Assembly: GCA_963797295.1 (NCBI GenBank)
Contig: CAWCPP010000008.1
Span: 72,545-136,544 of the forward strand
DNA length: 64,000 nucleotides
Reading direction: 5' to 3'
Origin: an uncultured Planctomycetaceae bacterium
GTDB taxonomy: Bacteria; Planctomycetota; Planctomycetia; Isosphaerales; Isosphaeraceae
Below are positions 20,770 to 30,294 of this stretch, piece by piece; positions within the stretch are counted from its first letter, which is position 1; the number at the start of each line of letters is the position of its first letter. The notes under the pieces were generated by a model. It saw only the letters and a list, made by a program, of their open reading frames with translations. It had not been told where the DNA came from and searched no databases. The translations under genes were made by a program, and so were the position numbers.

Positions 20770-21606
20770 TCAACGGGCAAGCAGTCCGGCGTCGAGGATG
20801 AATTCCGAGCCGGTGATCGCGCGTGCCTTGGACGAGGCCAGAAAGACGACGGCGCCGGCGACGTCCTCGGGCTCGATCCAGGGCATGGGGAGGAGGTTGC
20901 CGGCGGAGCGTTCGGCGATCTCGCGCGGCGTTTTCCCTTCGAGCATGGCCAGGCCGTCGTTCATCGGCGTATTGACGCCCGTCGGGCAGAGGGCGATGAC
21001 GCGGATATTGTAGGGGGCCAGCTCGATGGCCCACGACCGTGGTCAGGCCGACGAGCCCCCATTTCGATGCGGCGTAATGCGAGAGCCGGGCCATGCCGCG
21101 CAGGCCGGCCACCGACGAGTTGTTGATGATCACGCCGCGGCGGCGCTCGATCATGATCGGGATGACCCGGCGAGCGACCATCCAGGGGCCCTTCAGGTTG
21201 ATGTCGATCATGGAATCCCAGGCGTCCTCGGTCAACTCGTGGGCCAGGCCGTAACCGCAGATGCCCGCGTTGTTGAACAGGATGTCGATGCCGCCGAAAT
21301 GGTCGACCGTGGCACGTACGGCGGCGCTGACGGCCGCATCGTCGCGAACATCGGCGGCGAAGGTCAGGCATTCGACTCCCAGCGCGCGGCACTCTTGGGC
21401 CAGGTGTCGAGATCGTCGGCCGAGCCCATCGGATAGCCGGGATAGGTCATCGGCCGGGCGACATCGAGGGCGGCGATCCGGACGCCCTCGCGGGCCAGGG
21501 CCAGGGCCGACGCTCGGCCTTGACCGTGCGCGGCGCCGGTGATCAGGGCGACCTGCCCGGCCAGGTCGGATGTCGTTCGACGGCCTGCCGCCGGGTCCGT
21601 GCTCAT
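20770..21606 (-). CDS. Short-chain dehydrogenase/reductase (carveol-dehydrogenase-like subgroup), two frame changes
   Basis: ATG 21606, then ..GQVALITGAAHGQGRASALALAREGVRIAALDVARPMTYPGYPMGSADDLD.., FNNAGI, SSVAGLRGMARLSHYAASKWGLVGLT and IELAPYNIRVIALCPTGVNTPM, ending ..VVFLASSKARAITGSEFILDAGLLAR. Junctions are near 21395 and 21030. Confidence 0.8.
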
Positions 21607-22109
21607 CACTGGTCTCCCTTGCGGTACGAGATGCAAGTAATCGTCCAGATCGACCTTGAGCGCGTTGTTGAACAGGTTGGTCGCGACCATCAGCCCGCCG
21701 AACGCGGTCAACGCCACGATTTGGTCGGGCTCGAGTCGAGCTGCCAGACGGCCGAAGAGCTCATCGGAAACGCCGTGCGGGTCGACAGCGAGTTGCCGGC
21801 CGATAGGCGACGATGGTTTGCTCCCAATCGTCAAGCCGCAGGGACTCGGGGTTTTCGCCGGCATCGATCAGGAGCCGGCGGAAGAACGTCGAGCAGACCA
21901 GGCAATCGGTTCCCGCCGAGATCGAATGGGCGAAGAGCGTGGTGAGCCGCTCGCCCAGGAACGGGACGACCTCGTCGCGGAGGTCATACCAGGTCATGAG
22001 CGCAGTGCAGGGCGACCGGCGAGCGGGCCAGCGTGCGCTTCATGTTGGTGACCCGGCCGTGGGCCGCGCGGATTTCGTCGAGGGCGAGGCGGGACTCGGG
22101 ACGAGGCAT
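21603..22109 (-). CDS. Carboxymuconolactone decarboxylase (AhpD-like) family protein, 2-3 frame changes; 3' end uncertain
   Basis: MPRPESRLALDEIRAAHGRVTNMKRTLARSPVAL.., then WYDLRDEVVPFLGERLTTLFAHSISAGTDCLVCSTFFRRLLIDAG.., then ..DQIVALTAFGGLMVATNLFNNALKV. As sequenced it reads straight into the SDR gene. A one-base shift would give ..KGDQ-TGA, overlapping the SDR ATG as ATGA. Confidence 0.6.
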
Positions 22110-22368
22110 CGGCGTCTTGCAGAGGTGGGATTCGGGCCATGATGTTATTCGACCGCTGCCAGGGGGTCTGTCGGCGTTCGCCACGATTGTATCATCGTTC
22201 TCGGTACGTGGTCATTCCAGACGGCCCGAGTAAACGTGCAGCATGTCGTTCTCAAGTCGAGTATGATGAGATCGTCGCCGCCGGAATCACCGGCTCCGCC
22301 GACGCCGTCTGGAAACGACGGCCCGAATACCCCGCGATCGATCGACTGCCAGGACAGGAACCACGCCG

Positions 22369-23707
22369 ATGTCATCAACGACCACTCGCGTGACCCGGCG
22401 CACCGCAATGAAACAGTGGGCCGCCGCCGGCTTCGCCTTTCCCGCCGTGATGCGCGACCCACGCGACCGCCGCACCGAGCGAAACCCTTTACCACGCGAG
22501 CTTTGGGGCCGCGGGCATGGCGGCCGCCGACATCGGCTCGCTCACCGCGAGCCCCCACGTCAAGCTGGTCGCGGTCGCCGACGTCGATCTCGGAAACCTG
22601 GGCCAGATCAAGAAGCGATTCCCCGATGTGAAGGTCTACCAGGACTGGCGCGAGCTGCTCGACAAGGAGAAAAACCTCAACTCGGTCAACGTCTCCACTC
22701 CCGACCACATGCACGCGCCCGATCACCATGCGGGCGATGCAGCAAGGGCTGCACGTCTACACCCAGAAACCCCTGACGCAGACGATCTACGAGGCCCGGC
22801 AGTTGACCCGCGTGGCGCGCGAGAAAAAGCTCGTCACCCAGATGGGAATCCAGATCCATTCCCACGAAGTTCATCGGACCATCGTCGCGACCATCCAGGC
22901 CGGGACGATCGGCAAGGTCAAAGAGGTTCATAGCTGGAGCGGAAAGCACTGGGGCGACAGCAAGCCCAGGCCGAGCCGCGTGGACAAGGTCCCCAAGGAT
23001 CTCAACTGGAATCTCCTGGCTGGGCGTCGCCGCCGAGCGCCCGTTCCTGGCCCATTACTATCATCCCGGGCGAGTGGCGCAAGCGGCTCGATTTCGGCAC
23101 CGGCACGTTTGGCGACATGGGGTGCCACATCCTCGATCCGGTTTACACATCGCTCGGCCCTGACGGCCCCGAGCTCGATCCGATCCGAGGGAGGCGCGCC
23201 CAACGCGCGACAACTGGGGCCTCGATTCCCAGGTGCGTTATATCTTCCCGGCGACGAAGCACACGACCGAGACACTCACGCTCTTCTGGTACGACGGCGA
23301 CAAACGGCCCCCCGCGGCGAGTCAAGTCGCTGATCGGCAAGCGAAACCTCGCGGACCAGGGGTCGATCTACATCGGCGACCGAGGGCGTTCTTGTACGCG
23401 CCTTATATCGACCCGCCCGTGCTGCTGCCGGCCGAAAAGTTCAAGGACGTCAAGCTGCCCAATCCCGGTGGAAACGACCATTATCTTCAGTTCGTCGAAG
23501 CGTGCCGGGGCAACGGCAAGACGTCCGCCCCGTTCGATTACTCGGGACCACTCACCGAGTCGGTCTTGCTGGGCTGCCTGGCGACCCGGTTTCCCCAGAC
23601 GACGCTCGAATGGGACCCGGCGGAGTCTGAAGGTAACCAATGTCAGCGAGGCCAACGAGTTTGTTCGCCGCCGCTATCGCAAAGGCTGGGAGGTCGACGG
23701 GCTTTGA
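22369..23707 (+). CDS. Gfo/Idh/MocA-family oxidoreductase with Tat-like leader, at least 6 frame changes
   Basis: MSSTTTRVTRRTAMKQWAAAGFAFPAV.., GAAGMAAADIGSLTASPHVKLVAVADVD.., STPDHMHAP, MRAMQQGLHVYTQKPLTQTIYEARQL.., GTFGDMGCHILDP.., GNDHYLQFVEACRGNGKTSAPFDYSGPLTESVLLG.., ending ..RRYRKGWEVDGL. Confidence 0.8.
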
Positions 23708-23860
23708 GCACGCCAGCTGGCCACTGCTGCGATTCACTGCGCTTCCGATCTCGACCGTCCCCGGTACAATATCCGCGTGACCAAAAACCACCGGGCCGGA
23801 GTCGATTGCGACCATGACTTCACTCACCACGATGGCGACCAAAGGAAAAATCTGGGCGAT

Positions 23861-25148
23861 ATGGGTCTCTTGAAGGGCGACTGGCAAGAGCGATTGGCCT
23901 ATATCGTCGACGCGATGCGCGAAATGAGCCTGCAAACCGATGCTCAGGAGATGGTGCGCTCGTACGGCACGCGGGTGCGCAAGTTACTGCCGGCTGCCCG
24001 CTGGCTTTCGCGTGAGCCGGCGGGGGCTCGAAGCGCCCTGGTACCGGATCACTCGGTCCAGCACCTGGACCGAAGCCGATCGACCCCTGGAAGCAGAAAG
24101 ACCGGTTGCCGCTCTTGAAAGGGGGGTTGCTGGCCGACTTGATCTACGGCGACGAGCCCCGGCTGATCGACGATATCACGCCGCTTCTCGCTGCCGACGA
24201 TCCGGCCATCGAGTATCTGGCCGGTTTCCGCTCATTGATGGCGGCGCCCCACTTTGATCAGGGCGTCGCACTCAACATGGTCATCACGCTGCAGCCGGAG
24301 GCGGCCGCGTTCGATCCCGGAAACATTTCCCGAATGGTACTGGGTCAGCAGCCTGTTCGGCCGCGTGACGCACAACCTGGTCTTGCGGGATGAACTGAAA
24401 GACGCCTACGAGATCGTCGAGCGCGAGCTCAAGGTGGTCGCCGACATTCAGCGGTCGCTCTTGCCGCAGGTGTTGCCCAAGATTCCCACGCTCGAGCTGG
24501 CGGCGTACTACCGCACGTCGCGGTGGGCCGGCGGCGATTATTACGACTTTTTCCCGTTGCCGGACGGGCGCTGGGGAATCTTGATCGCGGATGTCAGCGG
24601 CCATGGAACGCCCGCGGCCGTCATGATGGCGATCACCCACAGCCTGGCCCACAGCCTCCCGGGCCCGGCGGACCCGCCGGCCGCGCTCCTGGGCCATGTC
24701 AACCGGCAGCTCTCGCATCGTTACACCGACGTCCAACGAGGTGTTCGTCACGGCGTTTTACGGCGTTTACGACCCGACGACCGCACGCTCACCTATTCGA
24801 GTGCCGGCCACAACCCGCCACGCCTGAAGCGGTGCGGCGACGGCTCGGTCAATTCGCTCGAAGAGATCGGCGGCCCGCCGCTGGGGCTCTTTGACGAGCT
24901 CGAATACGAGCAGACGACGCTCGCCTTCAAGCCTGGCGACATCCTGGCGTTTTACACCGATGGAATCACCGAAGCCATGGATGCGAAGAACGTTCAGTTC
25001 GGCGTGCACGCGGCTCGACGAGGTCTTGCGGCGATGCGGCCTCGACGCGACCGAGATCATCCGCGCCACGATCGAGGCCGTCGACCAATTTACCGGCGGA
25101 CAGCCCCCCGAGGACGACCGGACCTTGCTGGTCGCCAGGGTATCATGA
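23861..25148 (+). CDS. SpoIIE/PP2C-family protein phosphatase with unknown N-terminal domain, about 4 frame changes
   Basis: MGLLKGDWQERLAYIVDAMREMS.. and later ..ERELKVVADIQRSLLPQVLPKIPTLELAAYYRTSRWAGGDYYDFFPLPDGRWGILIADVSGHGTPAAVMMA.., YSSAGHNPP, FYTDGITEA, ending ..PPEDDRTLLVARVS. An alternative start at ATG 23814 would need one more A in the A5 run at 23846-23850. Confidence 0.8.
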
Positions 25149-25288
25149 TATTCAATGAGTAAGTGGCCCGATCAGTCGGAATCCTAATCCTGGCCCCGAT
25201 CTAGAGCCGTGCTGCGGCAAGTGCGATTCTTTTTCACTGACGCCACGGACGCTTGGGCGTCGATGGCGAGCAAGGGAGCTTGACTCTC

Positions 25289-26078
25289 ATGAGTATATTT
25301 CCCGACGGCATCAAGCTCGCCCCATCGATCCTGGCGGCCGACATGGCCCATCTGGCCGACCAGGTGGCCGAGGCCGTCGCGGCCGGCGCCGACCGGATTC
25401 ACGTCGACGTCATGGACGGGCACTTCGTCCCCAATATCTCGTTCGGGCCCGTGGTCGTGCGCTGGCTCAGGCCCGTGACGTCGGTTCCCCTGGAAGTTCA
25501 CCTGATGATCTCGGAGCCCGACCGGTACCTGGCGGCGTTCGCCGAGGCCGGGGCCGACACGCTGATCGTCCACGAGGAAGGGGCGATCCACTTGAACCGG
25601 ACGGTGCAAGAGATCCACCGGCTGGGCTTGCGGGCCGGCGTGGCGATCAACCCGGCGACGCCCGCGGCGTGTCCTCGAAGAGATCTTGCCCGACCTCGAG
25701 CTGGTGCTGGTGATGACCGTCAACCCGGGTTTCGGCGGCCAGGAGTTCCTGGCCGGCATGCTGCCCAAGATCCGCCGCGTCCGGCGGATGATCGACGAGG
25801 CTCGCACCGATTGCGAGCTGGAGGTCGACGGTGGAATCGAGCCGCACACGGCCCCACTGGTCGTCGAGGCGGGCGCCCGGGTCCTGGTGGCCGGCTCGGC
25901 GGTTTTCCGCGCTCCGGGCGGAGCGGCGGCCGGCATCGGCCGGCTCAAGGAAGAGCTCGGCCGCCGGCCCGACCGATCGTCTAGCCCGGCAACATTGTTC
26001 GGCACGTCGCCAACCTCGCAGTCGCCGGACATGCCGTCTCGGAACCTCGTCGGCACATCGCGGACATTGATTCAATGA
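25289..26078 (+). CDS. rpe: Ribulose-phosphate 3-epimerase, one frame change
   Basis: [54 protein letters not shown].., then [17 protein letters not shown].., EVDGGI, VAGSAVF. The junction is near 25665. The stop overlaps the next ATG as ATGA at 26075-26078. Confidence 0.85.
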
Positions 26079-27540
26079 ATTCATATTATCCGATCCAGGA
26101 CTACGGCCCGCTCATGAAGGGGATGGTCATCGGCGGGCTGGGGATCTTCCATGTTTTCCTGGCCCAGATGGCGATCGGCGGCGGAATGCTGCTTTGCTAC
26201 TTCGAGTGGCTCCGGCGCACCGGCCGCAGCCGTAACGCGGGCCGGTTCATCAACGGCTACTTTCAGGCCCTGGTGCTCGTCAGCTTCGTGCTGGGGGCCT
26301 TGACGGGCGTGGCGATGTGGTTCACGTCGATCCAGGTCAGCCCGCGCACGATCGGCGTGCTGGTCGACGAATTCCACTGGCTCTGGGCCACCGAATGGAC
26401 GTTTTTCTGCGTCGAGGTGGTCTCGGGCTACGCGTTTCTGCAGGTACAAGGACCGGCTGAGCGGCCGAGGCCGGATGCTGCTGCTGGTGATTTACTCGGT
26501 GGCCGCCTGGTTCAGCCTGTTCTGGATCAACGGAATCTTGTCGTTCCAGTTGACGCCCGGCCGCTGGCTCGACACGCACAACGTCTGGTCGGGCTTCTTC
26601 AACCCCAGCTTCTGGCCGTCGCTCTTGTACCGGACCGTCGCGGCGATGGCGATCGCGGCCCTGGCGGCCTGCGTGGTGATCAACATCGCGAGCCCCGCCG
26701 AGCGCGAGGCGCGGCGCGAGCTGATCGGCCGCGCCTCGCTGTTTCTGGCCCCCATGGTCTTGATGCCGTTCCTGGGGCTCTGGTTCCTGGCGAGCATGCC
26801 CGCCGACAGCCGCTCGTGGGTGCTGGGAGGAAGCGTGACGATGACCATGTTCATGGGGATCGGCGTCGGTGCGTCGCTCTTGATCGGCGCCTATGCCCTG
26901 GGTGCGTTCTGGTACTGAGGCTTTACATCAACGGCTTCACGGCGGCGCTCTTGTGCGCGATCGCGTTCGCGGCGACGGCCGGGGGCGAGTTTGTGCGCGA
27001 AGGCGTTCGCAAGCCCTACTCGATTCGCCAGGTCCTCTATTCCAATTCGCTGCGTCCGGACGAGCTCGAGCGACTTCGCAAGACCGGCTCGGTCGCCGAT
27101 GATCCTTACCCGCTGCGCGACGGCCTGAACTATCCCAACGACCAGCTCGAGACTGGGTGCCAAGGTTTACCGCTTCCAGTGCAGCGTCTGCCATACCTAT
27201 GACGGGGCCAACGGCTTGCTCGAATTGACCGGGACCTGGAGCTCTCGACCAGAAGCGGCTGAATATCGCGCAGTTGCAGCGGACCAAGCCGTTCATGCCT
27301 CCCTTCGCGGGAACCGCCGCCGAGCTGGAAGCGCTCGTGCAGCTATTGAGCTGGCGACGCGCGGGGATGCCGCGTGACTGGCCGGCCTCGAACGATCCCG
27401 CCACGCTGGCCAAGATCCAGGCCTGGCTCGACGAGGTCGGCACCAGGCCCGGCGCCGAGCTGACGGGGCAGGGGGCCTCGCCATGCAGCCGACGGCGCCG
27501 ACCGGCGACCGGCCGGCGCGACCTCGAAGGAGCGGCGGTG
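26075..27540 (+). CDS. Cytochrome bd subunit I (CydA)-like membrane protein fused to a C-terminal monohaem cytochrome c domain, about 3 frame changes; 3' end uncertain
   Basis: GLGIFHVFLAQMAIGGG (compare CydA YHFLFVPLTLG) and GGEFVREGVRKPYSI (compare CydA GWFVAEYGRQPWAI). These are followed by GAKVYRFQCSVCHTYDGANG (CxxCH) and KPFMPPFAGTAAELEALVQLL. Pieces lie in ORFs 26075..27202, 26475..26918 and 27274..28056. Confidence 0.55.
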
Positions 27541-28668
27541 ATGAATACCCTCTTCCCGTTCGGCTTTCCCTGGCCGACGGCCATGTATCTGACGCTGTTC
27601 GTCGTCACCGCGGCGATCTACATGGTCTTCATGAATTACGTGTTGGCCGGATCGATCGTGCTTTTGATCGGCTATCTGGCGCCCGGCGCACGACGGCGAG
27701 TTGAGGCGGGAACCGGCGGCCCGGCTCGATCGGGCTTGGGGTTGATCTTGAAGATCGTTCGCGACTGGCTGCCGGCCATCCTCGGCCTGGCGATCACCAC
27801 CGGGATCGCGCCTCTGCTCTTTCTGCAAATCCTTTACAAGCGCCAGTTCTATACGGCCAACCTGCTGTTATTCAACCGCTTCATGCTGCTGTTGCCGGCG
27901 CTCATCGTGGCCTATTACATGCTTTATCTGATCAAGAGCCACGCCCTGGCCGGGCGATGGGCGCGTCTTGCGCGGGCCGGTGACGATCGTGGCTTTCGTC
28001 TGCTTCTTCTACACAGCATGGGCCTGGACCGAGAATCATGTCTTGAGCCTGCATGAAGAAGCCTGGAAAGACCATTATACGTCTCGCAATTACATCTATC
28101 GCAACGCGGAGATCTGGCCGCGGCTGGGATACTGGATCACGGCGTCGTTTGCGACGCTGGCGGTCGCGCTGGCGCTGGCAGCTTCACTGGGGCCGGCGGT
28201 TTTACGATCCGGTCAACCTGGATCTCGCGAGCCGGCGGCTGCGGTCGCTGGCGATCCTCGGGCTGGCAACGTCGGCCGCCGAAGCGTGGCTCTGGCTGCT
28301 CTGGCTCGATACGTCGGCCCGCGGCGCGGTGCTGAGCATCCTGGCGCTCCCGTACGGTCTGGCGGCGCTCTGGCGGGCATGGGAATCCAGATTGCCGGCT
28401 GGCTGCCGGTCGAGAGCGGGGCGAATCTCACGACCCGTTCGGCTCGCGCTTCATCTCGGCCGGCGAGGTCATGACAATCGTGGGTACCCTGGTTGTCCGC
28501 GAGGCGAGGCGGCTGGCCGCGATCGATATCACGACCCTCTTCGACGCACATCGCCAGGCGGCTCAAGTGGGTGGGATGGGGGTGTTTCTCGTCTTTTTCG
28601 TGGTCAATGCCGCGGTGATCACCGCCTGCGTCTTGATCGTCAGACGTGCGCTTCGGCCGCTCAATTGA
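27541..28668 (+). CDS. Polytopic membrane protein of unknown function, about 3 frame changes
   Basis: AAGGAG lies 8 nt upstream of ATG 27541. Translation reads MNTLFPFGFPWPTAMYLTLFVVTAAIYMVFMNYVLAGSIVLLIGYL.., LAITTGIAPLLFLQILYKRQFY.., VTIVAFVCFFYTAWAWTENHVLS.., ending VFLVFFVVNAAVITACVLIVRRALRPLN. Confidence 0.5.
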
Positions 28669-28901
28669 AGCCGGTCCGCGGTCCCTATCTCAATATTCTC
28701 TGGCCACGCCGAAAAACATGTTAAATTCTGCCCTCATCGACCACTTGGCCGGCAGGGCGAGCTCCGCCGGCTTTTCGACCCGATTCAAGGATGGCTTGAC
28801 GATGTCGCTCGAGTTCAGTCAGAGCCGAACTGGACCGAACTACTGGTCGCGAGCCGGCCTGCTCGGAGCGAGCCAGGTACTGGGTCGGAGAGCGCGTCGG
28901 C

Positions 28902-30242
28902 GTGAAAAAGCGCGCCGAGCCGGTTTCGGCCGGCGAGCGATTTTTCGCGGTGGATGTGCTGCGCGGGTTCGCGCTCTGGGCATTCTGGCGATGAACATCG
29001 TCGGTTTCGGCTGGCCGTTGCCGGCATATGACAACCCGTTCCGGGGCGGAGGGTTCGAGGGGCTCGACCGCGGGGTCTGGTTCTTCAACCACATGTTCTT
29101 CGAAGCCAAGATGATGACCATCTTCTCCATGCTCTTTGGCGCGGGCTTGGTCTTGATGGATCAGCGGGCGGAGGCGCGCGGAGCCAAGATTCGCGGGGTC
29201 TATTTTCGCCGCATCCTCTGGCTGCTGGTGATCGGTCTGATTCACTCCTACTTGATCTGGGAGGGCGATATTCTCGTACTCTACGCCCAGACCGGGCTCT
29301 TTCTTTACTTCTTTCGCAATTTGACCCCCAGGACGCTGATCATCCTGGGCATTTCGGCCATGCTGATACTGGTGCCCATTGGTCCTGGGCTTTGGCGCCG
29401 GCATCGATTACATGAAGGCCGCGACGGCCCGGGTCGAGGCCCAGACCAAGGCGGGCGAAAAGCCGACCTGGTCTCGATCGGCTGCTCCGCGAAATCTGGA
29501 CCAAGCATATCCGCGACGAGATCGTGCCCAGCCCGAGCGAAAAGCGGCCAAGGAATGGGACGAAGAGATGGCGGCCTATCGCGGCAGCTACCCGGGAATC
29601 GTCAAGTATCAAGGCCTTCGAGGTGTTGATGGCGCAATCTTCGGGTTCCTCTTCGGGGGCGGGTTCTTCGCGGCCAGCCGGATGTTGGTGGGCATGGGCC
29701 TGATGAAGCTGGGCGTCTTCTCGGCCCAGCGGTCTCGCCGGTTTTACTTGTGGATGGTCGGCCTGGGTTACGGTCTGGGCCTGCCGCTGATGATCTTCGA
29801 CGCGATCGAGTTGATCCGGCACACGAGTTCTCGATTGACTATTTCATGCACGGCGGCATCTTCTACAACGTGTTCGGCAGCCTGATCGTGGCCCTGGGTC
29901 ACGTGGGGCTGCTGATGCTGATCGTGCAGGGCGGCGCGATTCGGCTGGCTCACCACCCGGCTGGCCGCGGTGGGCCGCATGGCCCTGAGCAACTACCTTT
30001 TCGACTCGATCGTTTGCACGACGCTCTTCTACGGTTATGGCTTCGGGCTGTTCGGCCACATCAACCGAACCGGTCTGGCCGCGATCGTGCTGACGTTCTG
30101 GATCATCCAGCTTCTCGTCAGCCCGATCTGGCTCGAGTACTTCCGCTACGGCCCCGCCGAGTGGCTCTGGCGTTCGTTGACGTACTGGCGGATTCAGCCG
30201 ATGTGGCAGAGGCCGGGGGAACGGGCGGCGGTTGCTTTGTGA
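28902..30242 (+). CDS. DUF418 (YeiB-like) membrane protein, about 4 frame changes
   Basis: GTG 28902, VKKRAEPVSAGERFFAVDVLRGFALW, then GILAMNIVGFGWP...KMMTIFSMLFGAGLVLM.., GVYFRRILWLLVIGLIHSYLIWEGDILVLYA.., ending MALSNYLFDSIVCTTLFYGYGFGLFGH..FRYGPAEWLWRSLTYW. An alternative ATG at 28802 would need one more frame change. Confidence 0.7.
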
Positions 30243-30294
30243 ATGATGCTTTCCAAAGCGGGCCGAGGCTCGTGGCTCGCCTGGCTCGCGCTTG

